From Paraspadella gotoi (Eukaryota; Animalia; Chaetognatha): a DNA stretch of 64,000 nt. Numbering within the stretch: position 1 is the first letter of the stretch; each line of letters starts with the position of its first letter. The position numbers were made by a program, and so were the translations under genes. A model generated the notes under the pieces. That model was not told where the DNA came from, made no database searches, and worked only from the letters and a program-made list of their open reading frames with translations. Below are positions 12,601-23,613 of this stretch, in pieces. The stretch lies in NCBI GenBank assembly GCA_051294375.1, contig CM119271.1, positions 7,193,632-7,257,631 on the forward strand, in the 5' to 3' direction.

Positions 12601-13744
12601 ACTCGACCATCCGGTGGATGAGGCAGAGAAGATTTCTGTCTGTCGGAATCACCACCTTCACCGTGCAGGTCGCCAAAAACTTCTCCAGCTTCCCGTACTT
12701 TTCAAGCTTCTCTAAATCGTCCTTGCTCCACGTTTGCTGCATGGGCGGGACCTTCCCATCCATCAGAGCTCGTGGTCGGGGTGGCTGGGCGTTAAAGGGT
12801 AGCCCGGTGGGCGGCGGAGGCATCATGCGCTCTTGCATCGAGGGCGGAATGTAGACAGGCTGCGGAGGAATTGGAACGGCCTTACCCCAACCCATCCGCA
12901 TGTCAAACCCCATCACGTCTGTGCTTTCCAAATTTTGCAGCGCCCTCTCGGCGTCGCGCCGATTCATGAAAGCGACGAAGCCGCAATTGCGGCCGCGGGA
13001 TCTCTCCTCTTCCGTACGCGGCCACATCACTTTGACGCTGGCCAAGGGACCGAACTTGCCAAATACTTCGCAGAGATGCTCTTCGTTCATGACCGGGTTG
13101 AGATTTCCCAGATAAAGGTTGGTGGTTGCGGGATCGCCGGTGTCGTGCGACCCGCCGCGAGCAGCAAGGGCGAGGGCCGAATTCGAAGCCATCGTCTGCT
13201 GGCTGGAGGATGGACCGACGTCAACGTCGTTCTCGAACGCCAAATCTCCTTCGTCGTCTGGATCGTCCAGCTGGTCCCGCAGCTTGAGCTTAAGCTCGCG
13301 GCGCTGTTGACGCTCCTCTTGCATTGCTTGAAGCTCCTCTTTGAACAATTCTAGGTTGCTCTTTTTCTTGACTTCATCCTTTTTCTTACTGGGTTTGATC
13401 GGTTTTTTCTCGGGCTTAATTTCGATCTTTGGCTCAACGGTTTCTTCTTCCTTGCGGAAAACGGGCAAGTAAGCTTTCGGTTTGTACAGCTTGCTCCCCT
13501 CGTCATCTTTCTTGTCCTTTTTAGCTCCGGCCTGAAATGTGGAGCCTTTGACCCAGGTTTTGTTGGCGGCCGCTTTGGAATCGGAGAAGGTGTCGACGAA
13601 CTCCTTGAAGACTTCTGCCGTCGCTTCTTCGTCCTCTCTCTTCTTTAACTCAGCCTGCTCTTTCTTGGAAAGTTTTTTGCCAGCGCTCAAGCCAAGATTG
13701 AAGGCCTTGAGTTTAGCCTCCGACAAATTCTTAGACGATGACAT
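9650..13744 (-). CDS. U2SURP: U2 snRNP-associated SURP motif-containing protein (SR140)
   Basis: RRM (TTNLYLGNL..RNCGFVAFM), SURP (LIHRMVEFVVREGPMFEAMIM..AHVYYRWRLFS), CID, repeated DGVPL motifs, cwf21-like (LREVELKVMKFQDEIESG) and an RS tail. Five GT-AG exons from ATG 13744 to TGA 9652-9650. Confidence 0.95.
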
Positions 13745-14503
13745 TTTTGGCTTTACAATCTCGCCATTTAAATCGAAACTAAAATACAAACCGCTTTAAA
13801 TAAAAATAAAGCAAATTAGGTACAAGATTTATATAAATGAATTAACTAGCCCAGTACCGCGGAGAGGGTTCATTTTTTGTTAACTTATGGGTTTTTAATG
13901 AATTTCTTTTCGAAAAATTTTTTTAATTAATACTTATTTCAAATTAGAGCAAGTTGCTGTTGTTTCTTAGTATGAACTGAAATGAGAGAATACACGATTT
14001 TCATCTATAAATAACAAGTATTTCGCTCTTTGAGTGGGAGATCATAACACGATTTTAGAATTAAAATTAATTCAAAATTCTACAAAAGCAATTAGTATTA
14101 AATTAGGAACTGCTGTTAAGATGTGTAGGAGCGTCAATAATTCTTAATCTGTCGATATTATCCATTTTCGACATATTTTTTTTAATGACAAATATTAACC
14201 GCCACTTTCATCCATGACTTAACTAAGATACAATGATATACGGAAAATGCTTTGGGAATGAGTTTCGTGTCGCCGTTGAGCGGCAGGACTTCGACCCAAA
14301 AGAAAAGAGTCCATAGAAACTGAACAAATGACTATCGCTAGCGATAATTCCAGAATCTGTGCAGTAGTTGATTATAATTTCTCATTTTTGTTTTCACCCC
14401 CCCCCAAAAAAAAACATTGTGGAAATAATCATTTTAAATTAAAAAGATAACAACCTGATTGTATACATATGTATTTATCATAAAATACAGGTTTTACAGA
14501 AAA

Positions 14504-15867
14504 ATGTCTTCGGGAGTTTTAGCAAAGAAAGAGCAAACGAAATTAGCAACCTCTTTATCTGCCACTACTCATTTGAAGTTTCATTCTGTCAGAACGCTAC
14601 TTAATGTGTACTATGACTTAGTGGCTAACAACAAAAAGTTGGACAGGTATAATAAAAACTAACGCACAAAATTGCTTTTATTCTATATCAATTTCTAAAC
14701 TTTGCTATTTGATTACATTTACAGGGTCCGATTCCGTGACGTTCTTCATACTCAATTCGAAATGTTGGACGACATTCTAATGGACAGAGTATTCAAAGCA
14801 TTCGACAAAGACAATGATTCGTATATCAGTGCCGAAGAGTGGATATACGGCATCTGTTTATTTCTGAACAGGTTAAGTAATTAAAAGAATCATTAATTGA
14901 TTGAGCAGTTGAGAGTTGACGTAAAAGGTAATCTAATTCAGTCCGGTTGAAGAAAAGATAAAATACTGCTTCACTTGTTACGATTTGAACGGAGATGGCT
15001 ACATTTCCCGCGAAGAAATGATACATCTAATGAAGAACTGCATCGTAAAGCAGGTCTGTGAATTGATAAAAAAAACCGATTTTTTCCCCCAAATATTTCG
15101 ACTTATATTGCTAAGTCATCATCAGTGGCTCTTTGCCACTGATGATGACTTAGCAATAATAAGCAATAATAAGCAATAATAGCTTAGCAATAATAAGTCG
15201 AAATATTTGGGGAAAAAAAATTCGTTTTTTTTCTTTGTTAAATGCGCTTTTCTTCATGATGAAAATATATCATTATACTAGAAATCATTTTTTCATTCAA
15301 TAACCAAAAGATCTTTCCTGTGCGATAGTGTTAATCCTGGAGATGAACTGAATATATTTAACTCAATGAATATTTTTTACTTATTAGTCAACTGACGAAG
15401 ATGCCGACGAGGGGGTTAAAGATCTGGTTGACATCGCTCTCAAAAAAATGGACAAAGATCACGACGGACGCCTTTCGTACTTAGATTACAGGCACGAATA
15501 TTTTTTTTTGAAGCTACTCTAATTTTTATATCTAGATAAATTGAAACCATTTTCGACTTTAAAACTCTAAAGGCAAGCGGTCAAAGAAGAACCTTTGCTT
15601 CTTGAAGCGTTCGGCATGTGCCTTCCCAACGATAAAAGGCGAAAAGTGAGCGCATCTTATGTAATGAAACGAAAAAAAAAGAAGAAAGACAAATTGTTTA
15701 TAATATCCATCCCTTTATCGAAAAAGGCTTTCATGATGACCTACTGCTCTACGGAACCTGAAGCCGAGAAAGAATTGCAATTTCAGCACCTGATGGCGCT
15801 GCGAGCCATCGATCTGCAGAACGAGAAGATGAAAGAAAGGAGCGCTCGAGAGGAAGGCCGACGTTAG
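14504..15867 (+). CDS. EFCAB1: Calaxin / EF-hand calcium-binding domain-containing protein 1 (axonemal dynein-associated Ca2+ sensor)
   Basis: Spliced product ..[105 protein letters not shown]. Six exons, one GC-AG intron (15492-15572). Confidence 0.92.
15087..15129 (-). ncRNA. Minimal type-I hammerhead ribozyme motif (Penelope-like element type), intact copy
   Basis: Minus strand reads GCCA-CUGAUGA-U-GACUUA-gcaaua-UAAGUC-GAA-AUAU-U-UGG: complete core, 6-bp stem II, palindromic stem III, CCA/UGG stem I. Confidence 0.75.
15135..15212 (+). ncRNA. Minimal hammerhead ribozyme motif, second copy with tandemly expanded loop II
   Basis: GCCA-CTGATGA-T-GACTTA-(GCAATAATAA repeats)-TAAGTC-GAA-ATAT-T-TGG. 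Inverted partner of 15087-15129, within calaxin intron 3. Confidence 0.7.
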
Positions 15868-16481
15868 CCTTTTCTGAAGGCTTTTTTTTTTTAAACAAAA
15901 CCGGAACAATGACCACAGAGCCTCTTAACACTTGCCTGCTTTTTACCGAGCAATATTCTTTATTTTGCTTTTTATTTCAGGAATGGACATTGCGAAATAG
16001 TTTTACGTATAAATAATCATTTTATTCACTTAATTCCTTTTCATTTTTCCATGGAATTTTATTTACAAAAATTTCAATAAAAAAAGTTACCTATTGCGTA
16101 TTAATTGAAACCTACAAGAAAGATAAAATAATAAAAAACAAATAATAATAGTCGAAGAAATAAAAATTGTACGTTAATTGAATATTTTGTTGCCCAAAAA
16201 TTAAATTTAAAATAAAGACAAAATAATTTTTCTCTAGTCTACTTGTAACAATTCATTTGGTTTCCGAAAGCTCGTTTAAATTCATTCATTACCAAATTGC
16301 AATTAACTTGACCTTCCAAGATTTTTTTTTTCACAGAATCTATTTAAAAGTCATAACGTGACGACCGTCTCCGGATAATCTCTAATTTAAAAACTGCGTT
16401 AAAAAAAATTGTAAATGACACATTTACTAAATGACTTAACATCGCGAAGAAGAGCGGCCGTCCTCGTTTTGTTCCGGTAAA

Positions 16482-18747
16482 ATGTCCTCCGTCGCTCGAA
16501 AGAAGTCGGGATTTGACGAGGACGACGACGAGGACGACGACGTCTTCGAAGGATCCTTTTTCTACATCAACCGCGACGGATTCCCCATCACCGAAGAAAC
16601 CTGGGACAGGATGTACGACTTCGCCGCCAAGAATCATCCGTTGGGTGAGTTGAGTTGTCGCCGTCGTCGGTATTATTATAATTGGTACATGTGACCGAAT
16701 CAAATAAATGTAATTATTATAAATTGTAAAGGAAATTTGCTTCACAAAGAAGTGAAAGAGCGCGTGAAACGTTCTCCCGATGTACCAATCCCTCATCCTC
16801 CGGGTAAGTAGCATGAATCTCAAGAAAGAAACTACTTTACAAAATTATCCTTTTGGTCTCCGTGACAGGTGCCTTCTCTTCGTCGTTGGGAGTGGCGGCA
16901 AGAATAGAACAGGTGCAGAACTACATCTCCAGCCTGAAGTACAACCACACCGGAACCCAGTTTTTTGAAATTAAAAAAGCCAGGTGCGTTAAAAAAACGT
17001 TATAAAAAGCTAAAGTTGTTTTCCTACTTTTATAGGTTTTCATTGATTTATTTAGTTTTATTCCCTTAAATTTACAGACCAATCGCCGGGTTGATGGAGA
17101 TAGCCAAAGAGATGATCAAAGAATCTTTGCCAATCAAATGCTTGGAGGCTTTGGTTTTGGCCACGTATCTGACGAACGACATTCATGGCCTTCTTAGATT
17201 TAACATCTCGTTCAAAGTAAATGGAAACCTTTCTTTATATTAAATCATTAATAGTCTAGTATGAATTCTTAAATTTTCAAAACTATTTTTATGATTTTCT
17301 AGACCATTTTTGAGGGCGGACTTTTTCGACACGTTGTCTTGGGCGTTTATTCTAACGGAAAGTACGGAGCGTTAGGAATGAGCAGAAGAAAGGTGAGTCC
17401 TTCGCAGCTTAGTACTTTGCCATTTTGAAAGCTGCATCATTGAAAATTACATGTTGCAGGATCTGATGTACAAACCCTTAAAGTTCGATTCCCTTACATC
17501 ACTGGTGAAAAATTTTCTCGCGTGCTACAAAAAGTACGGCCATACGGTTCGAAAACTAAAAGTCGGGAACAAAATTACCAAAGGTAAGTTTTTACGGGGC
17601 AGGTAGTGGAAACTAAGCAAAATAGAAAAGAAATAAAATCAAATATGTATATTAATAAAAGAGCGAAATCTTAGTGATTAACTAATATACAAGTTAACTT
17701 TTTGATTTCGTTCGTCAGATCCTCACAGCTTCGAACCGATTCCGTGGAAAGGAATTTCTTTGGAGTTGGGAAAATTGAAGGACGGAGAACTTTGTCGCGA
17801 GTTGGAGCGACATTCGCGTGACTTGCGTGTCGTGGTGAGGGAATTGTTGTAATGATTTACAGCCATAGTCGTTAGTCATTAGCCATTAGCCATAGAGAAG
17901 ATCTTTTATTTTTTTATAAAAATCTTGATTAATTTATCGATTAATAAATAAATAAATTAAAAAAAAAAAGAATAAATAAACCCTTAAAGCACGCAATAAA
18001 CCTATCAGTTTTATCAATCATATTATCAATCAATCAATCAAATCAATAGATCAAATTAAGAATTTATATTGCTCAATCCATCGAATTACATAAATAAAAA
18101 AAACCAATGACGGAATTAATTTATAATGCTTATATATTCTCCCAGAGTCCGTACGACACTTCCCCTCGAATTCCGACGCAATTGCCAGCGACGACGACGA
18201 CGACGACGACCCGACGCGACTCGCTCACGAATTCCCTGTCGATTTTGAACCGAGATAAAGGTAAGAATCGAGAAACGCATCCACCACATCCTCTTCTAGA
18301 AACGCGATGGATTTTTTCTTAAATTAGAGTAAAAAAATTTAATTTTTGTTTTTAGTCGGATCGTAGTTGATAGATTTAAACTGAAATAACATGCGTAATA
18401 TTAATCGTTACATCATTGAACGAATCGATAACTTGTTGTACGTCTATTTAATTTTTTTTATTTCTTCAGTCGATAAGTCGTTCTCCTCGCCGCCGCTTGG
18501 ACGCCGATCACGTTCCTTCGTGGCGTCCTCGTCCGACTTGAGGAGATCGCGCGAAAAACAAAAGAGCAACGGAGATCTTCGCCGATCGAGAACGTCTTTT
18601 CTCAATTCCGACGACGACGACGACAGCGCCGGATTTACTAAGGCGACAAAAAACGGAACTAAAAACAAAAACTCGAAAATCTCCGCGAGCGTCTCGAACG
18701 TTTGCGCGGTTTACTCCGAAAAATCGAGTTACAAAGTTCGCGTTTGA
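16482..18747 (+). CDS. VASH: Vasohibin (tubulinyl-Tyr carboxypeptidase)
   Basis: Nine exons: FFYINRDGFPITEETWDRM, YNHTGTQFFEIKK, ESLPIKCLEA (catalytic Cys), FRHVVLGV (His), YGALGMSRRKDLMYKP, and a C-terminal YKVRV*. Confidence 0.93.
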
Positions 18748-18981
18748 TTTCTGCCGGAATATTTATCGATTTACCTATTTGTTTATTTATTTATTGCACG
18801 ATGTTCGTCCTTTTTTCTTTTTAAGCGCAATTGTTAAAAATGTTTAAGACGCTTTTTCCATCGAACATTAAACTGTGTTTTCAACGACAATAACAGACAG
18901 ATTGAAAACATGTAAACGAGGGCGCGTCGTTCGGAAGACGCCGTTCAGTCGCGATGCTTCAGCCGTCATCCCTTCGGCGGG

Positions 18982-21900
18982 ATGGATAAAGATGCGGACG
19001 CGCTATTCGAGGAGAGAGGGACGGAAGGGTCTGACGTTTCCAGCGCGGTCGACCCCGCTGACAATGATGCCGAGCGGGTGTCATATCCAGCGACGATTAA
19101 AGACGATGGCGATGGCGACGTATCGCGGGTCACGGAGACGCCTCCCGCGCGTTACACTCCCGTCGATAAATTTCCGAGAAGCGATTCCGACGAACTGGAA
19201 GATAAAGGACGAGACGACGACGACGAAGAAAATATCAAACATCAAACAGACGAAATCCCGACGGCGCTCTCCGAGAAATCATCGCCATCTCCGGGATCCA
19301 TCCCCGAACCATCTCCGGAGGAAGTCGTCGAGGCCGCCGTCAACGCGTTGGGCACGTTGGAACGTCCCTCGTTGACGCCGTCGGTGGATGACGGTCAGAG
19401 CGACGTGGACGGAGGAGACGTCGACGACGGCCCTCCGCCTCGTCTTCTCCTCATCTCTTCCAGGATCAAAAACATCTCTTCCATCCAATCGGCCATGTTG
19501 GCCAACGTCTTCCGCGTGACCTTCAAGCATGATCTCGGCCCCGACGAGATACTCAGTCTCATCGCGGAGCAGTTGGGAACCACGAAGGTCGAGTCCATCG
19601 CCTTCATCGTTCCATCGACGACGACGACCATTCAAGTCTACGGCAAAGAAGACTCCTGCTTTCTCACCAAGGAGTCCATCCTGGAAGTGAAGAGTCTGCG
19701 AGGATTCTTCGAAATGCTCGCCCGGAACCACCTCGACTCTTCCTGGGTCAACGCGCGGTTGGACTTCTTGCACTGCGCCACCGCGTTGACGGTCGACGGT
19801 AATTTGATCGCCGAAGAGATCCGATCCCTCGTCAACGTCCCCGTCGGAATCTCCAAGGACATCAACGGGTCGGACATTTCGTACAATCGAATCGGCGACG
19901 AAACGCGCGAAGCGGCGCAAGTCGGCGATCTTTATTTCAACGTCACCATGTTGCGAAGTTGGAGCGCTCATCAACAATCCCTCTCGGGATTTGAAAAGAT
20001 CAGGGCCGTGGGAAAGGGAGCCTATGGAACGGCCGTGCTCTACAGGAAAAAGGACGACGACTCTCTCGTCATTCTCAAGGAAATAAACATGTGCGATCTC
20101 AACGCTGGGGAGAGACAGATGGCGCTGAACGAGGTCAGAGTCTTGGCCATGCTCGATCACCCCAATATCATTGGCTACTACGACACTTTCGAAGAAGACG
20201 GCACCATGATGATTGAGATGGAATATGCCGACGGCGGGACTTTGGCCCAGTTTCTCTCGACCCTCGAAGAGGCCGGTCCTATGTCGGAGAAGGAAATTCT
20301 TGCAATGTACAGTCAAATCGTGGGAGCCATTCGTCACATGCACGAGCATAAAATTTTACACAGGGATCTCAAGACTTCAAACATTTTCATGACCAAGGAA
20401 GGAATTATCAAAGTGGGGGATTTCGGAATATCCAAGATGATGACGACTAATGGAGCTTCCACGGTTCTCGGAACTCCGTACTACATAAGTCCGGAAATAT
20501 GCGAGGGAAAAGCCTACAATGAAAAGAGTGACATTTGGTCATTGGGATGCATCCTCTATGAAATGGCTTGTCTGCAAAAAACTTTCGAGGGATCCAATCT
20601 CCCAGCATTGGTCAACAAAATAGTAAAAGGCCAATTCGCCCCAATCAAAGGAGAATATTCTCAAGGATTCCGAACTTTGATCAGGGACATGCTGCAAAAA
20701 GATCCAGAGTTTAGGCCAACGGCCACGGATCTGCTCTATCTAAGAATCCCAGAGTTGCAGATACCATATCTCGACCCAGTGACGGACGGAGAAGACGACT
20801 TGACCCAATCCGCATCAGAGTCAGGTGGTTCGTCTGGAGTGACAAAAAAGAAACAGACGCGAAGCGAACTCTACTGCATCGACATGGGTTCCCTCTGGTT
20901 GACCGGCATCGAGTTGCCCCAACGCATCAGTGTCAGGGAATTGTCCTCGGGCAGCAACCATTGCGTCATCGTCTCATCCGAGCATCTGGTTTTCTCGTGG
21001 GGCAGAAATCATAAGGGGCAGCTGGGGGTCGGCGATCTTGACGATCGGGTAAATCCGACTCAGGTGGAGGCGTTGAGAGGCAAAACGATCGTGAGAGGAG
21101 CATGCGGGTCTAATTTCTCGGTGTTTATCAGTGATAACGGGATAGTAATGACATGCGGCGATGGAACAACTGGATGTTTGGGTCACGGAGATTGGAACTG
21201 CATCACGAAGCCGAAATTAATCGAGGCGATTCTTTCCGTCGATGTGACGGCGCTGGCTTGTGGCCCGCATCACGTGGCGGTCATCGGTTCGAATGGAGAG
21301 ATCTACACGTGGGGCACTGGCGCAAAGGGAAGACTGGGTCATGGAACTGAAGAAGACAAGTCGACGCCGAATCAGATAACGGTTGAAGAGCCCGTGCTGA
21401 TCAAAGATGTCTTTTGTGGGGTTGATGGAACAATGTTTCTGACGGACGCTGGCGCAGTTTTCGCCTGTGGTCATAATGAATTCAACAAGCTGGGACTGAA
21501 TAACAGGCAAGGCTTCCTGATGACCTTGAAACAAATCTTTAATCAGAGAGAAGTGGAGGGATCCTTAAAACCGATTTGCGTCCGAAGTTTAATGAGACAC
21601 AGGGTGGAAAACATAAGCATGGGTCCAAAACACAGCGCGGTATTGGACGATCGGGGCACCATCGTCACTCTCGGAAATAATGAATATGCTCAACTCGGCT
21701 TGGGAAATACAAAACCACAGTCATACCCCACCGCTGTTCGAGGTTTATCCAGCAAGATGATGACGGACGTTTACTGTGAGCAGAGCTTTACCATTGGATG
21801 GACGACCGAAGAACTCTTCTTTTGGGGTGGAAAGCCCAAGTCTCGAAAAGGTCAGCTGAAAAGTTCACAAAGCACCAGCTTCGAGCCTCCAACTCCAGTC

Positions 21901-23613
21901 CCTGAATCGGTCAACGGGTTTCATTTGGGCGGGGAGGAGGAGTCCATTCACGTTGTAGTGACCATGAATGAAAACTGCGCCGACCCTACCAATGCCAAAA
22001 GCTTGGATTCTAAGCCGGAAACAGAGTGGAACGATTCACCAAGCATCGACGTCCAAGGTCTGTCCGTAGTGACGCACCCGAGTCTGTTTCTCAAGCTATC
22101 GGCTCTGAAGAACGACGCCCTCGACGAGACCATCTTGCTCACGGATGTCGTTTGCATGGGTCACTTCCTCTACATCCTGGTAGAGACGAGCATTCTCACG
22201 AGCAAGGAAGGAACGACGAACCGCCGCATTCGAAATAAAGTCAACCGAAGAATGCGAAAGAGAATAACTCTCCCTAATTGCGCGAAGAACTTACCCGAGG
22301 ATAAAGTGGAAAGAGTTCCGCCCAGTATCGTCGCCATTGCCGAAGAAGACGGTACCTCCGCCTCCGAGTCGGATGGTAAGGCTGATCTCGAAAAGCCCAA
22401 CCATCACAACGATTCCACTTCCAACCTTCCCGCGTGGATCAAACAAGAGCTGGAATCGTCGGAAGAAATAAGAAAGAATGGAAGAAAAAATGAGCCGGTG
22501 TCGACGCTGGCGCAATCTAAAGATAGTCAGTCCGAGTCCATGGACAACCTCTCCAGTGACGTTCATTCCAGCACCATGACGGAGCAAATGTCTCAAGAAT
22601 CCGAGGTCGTCGACGACGGTACCATGATTCAGGACGTAGAATACGGGGATTTATTTAATCCCGCTCAGTTCCCCAGCATCTACGCTACGGATGGTGCGGC
22701 ATTCAAAGATGCTTTGCCTCTCGGCGGTGATATTCTCTCGTCGAGTTCGGGCAGCGAAGTGGGCATCGCGACGGGCATTCGAGCGATGGCCAAGGATCAC
22801 TCTCGGACCAAAGTCGCTTTCAGCGATCACAAAGTCAAATCCAAGGAGAAGCAGACCCTTTTCGATCAAAAAGTCGAGGCCATGAACGATATCTACAAAT
22901 ATCCGAAACCGTCTAAAAAAACTCCAAGGCAGAACGCTAAAAACCCTTCGGAAAAGCCGTCGAAGGGCCTGCACCCAGGAGCTCATGCGAAGACAAAGCC
23001 GCCTTCCGTTCCTAGAGGGTCGGCCGGGAAGCCGACGACCGAGAGCAAAGAATCACGAAGCGGCGGCGGTGGCGGTGGCGGCGGCAAGCGAGACAACAAG
23101 CTCAGTCAAAGCTCAGAATCCCCGCCGATCTCGCGCAAGTTCTACCAGGAGATGGAGGAACGACTCGTTCGCGTGGAAGCGGAGAAGAAGGAGATGGAGG
23201 ATCGCCTCAAGCGGATCGAGGCGGAGAGGGCGTTGTCGGCGGCGACGGAGCGGGAGAACAACGAGCACAAACTCCGTCGAGCCAAAACGGTCGAAGAGTC
23301 GCTGCAGGAAGAGGTCGTCACGCTGAGGAACGAGCTCAAGGATCAGGCCAACGAGTGGGAACAAAAGCTCCTGCAGCTGCAATCGCAGCTGCAAGATCAG
23401 ATGCTGCGCTACCAGACGGAACAGCTGCGGATGGAGCGGGCGCGGCGTGTTGGGATGACGGACTCGACGCTGGGCGACAGCAGCAGCAGCGGCGAGCGAC
23501 CGGTTACCGTCGAAAGCGGGTACTCCACCGGAAAAAAGAGGCGTGGTCCCAATAGGGTCACTCCCGAAGCCGGCGCCAAGAACAAGGACAGCAGGGTATG
23601 CAGCGTTCAGTGA
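18982..23613 (+). CDS. NEK8/NEK9-like (NIMA) kinase with N-terminal DUF4347/NSMF-like domain, RCC1 repeats, coiled coil and CaaX; single coding exon
   Basis: 1543-aa ORF with VGKGAYG, ILKEI, HRDLKTSNIF, DFG and GTPYYISPE; RCC1 repeats (SWGRNHKGQLG, TWGTGAKGRLGHG); C-terminal coiled coil; ends CSVQ*. Confidence 0.9.
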   Translation: MDKDADALFEERGTEGSDVSSAVDPADNDAERVSYPATIKDDGDGDVSRVTETPPARYTPVDKFPRSDSDELEDKGRDDDDEENIKHQTDEIPTALSEKSSPSPGSIPEPSPEEVVEAAVNALGTLERPSLTPSVDDGQSDVDGGDVDDGPPPRLLLISSRIKNISSIQSAMLANVFRVTFKHDLGPDEILSLIAEQLGTTKVESIAFIVPSTTTTIQVYGKEDSCFLTKESILEVKSLRGFFEMLARNHLDSSWVNARLDFLHCATALTVDGNLIAEEIRSLVNVPVGISKDINGSDISYNRIGDETREAAQVGDLYFNVTMLRSWSAHQQSLSGFEKIRAVGKGAYGTAVLYRKKDDDSLVILKEINMCDLNAGERQMALNEVRVLAMLDHPNIIGYYDTFEEDGTMMIEMEYADGGTLAQFLSTLEEAGPMSEKEILAMYSQIVGAIRHMHEHKILHRDLKTSNIFMTKEGIIKVGDFGISKMMTTNGASTVLGTPYYISPEICEGKAYNEKSDIWSLGCILYEMACLQKTFEGSNLPALVNKIVKGQFAPIKGEYSQGFRTLIRDMLQKDPEFRPTATDLLYLRIPELQIPYLDPVTDGEDDLTQSASESGGSSGVTKKKQTRSELYCIDMGSLWLTGIELPQRISVRELSSGSNHCVIVSSEHLVFSWGRNHKGQLGVGDLDDRVNPTQVEALRGKTIVRGACGSNFSVFISDNGIVMTCGDGTTGCLGHGDWNCITKPKLIEAILSVDVTALACGPHHVAVIGSNGEIYTWGTGAKGRLGHGTEEDKSTPNQITVEEPVLIKDVFCGVDGTMFLTDAGAVFACGHNEFNKLGLNNRQGFLMTLKQIFNQREVEGSLKPICVRSLMRHRVENISMGPKHSAVLDDRGTIVTLGNNEYAQLGLGNTKPQSYPTAVRGLSSKMMTDVYCEQSFTIGWTTEELFFWGGKPKSRKGQLKSSQSTSFEPPTPVPESVNGFHLGGEEESIHVVVTMNENCADPTNAKSLDSKPETEWNDSPSIDVQGLSVVTHPSLFLKLSALKNDALDETILLTDVVCMGHFLYILVETSILTSKEGTTNRRIRNKVNRRMRKRITLPNCAKNLPEDKVERVPPSIVAIAEEDGTSASESDGKADLEKPNHHNDSTSNLPAWIKQELESSEEIRKNGRKNEPVSTLAQSKDSQSESMDNLSSDVHSSTMTEQMSQESEVVDDGTMIQDVEYGDLFNPAQFPSIYATDGAAFKDALPLGGDILSSSSGSEVGIATGIRAMAKDHSRTKVAFSDHKVKSKEKQTLFDQKVEAMNDIYKYPKPSKKTPRQNAKNPSEKPSKGLHPGAHAKTKPPSVPRGSAGKPTTESKESRSGGGGGGGGKRDNKLSQSSESPPISRKFYQEMEERLVRVEAEKKEMEDRLKRIEAERALSAATERENNEHKLRRAKTVEESLQEEVVTLRNELKDQANEWEQKLLQLQSQLQDQMLRYQTEQLRMERARRVGMTDSTLGDSSSSGERPVTVESGYSTGKKRRGPNRVTPEAGAKNKDSRVCSVQ

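Noticed and set aside
14332-14347. Palindrome TATCGCTAGCGATA between U2SURP and calaxin as an X-box
   Set aside because: Lacks the GTT/AAC half-sites; too weak to call, although the region is probably a bidirectional promoter.
15151-15195. Short repeats as a CRISPR-like array
   Set aside because: Simple 10-nt tandem expansion without spacers, in eukaryotic DNA. No CRISPR, tRNA or rRNA gene was recognised in the window.
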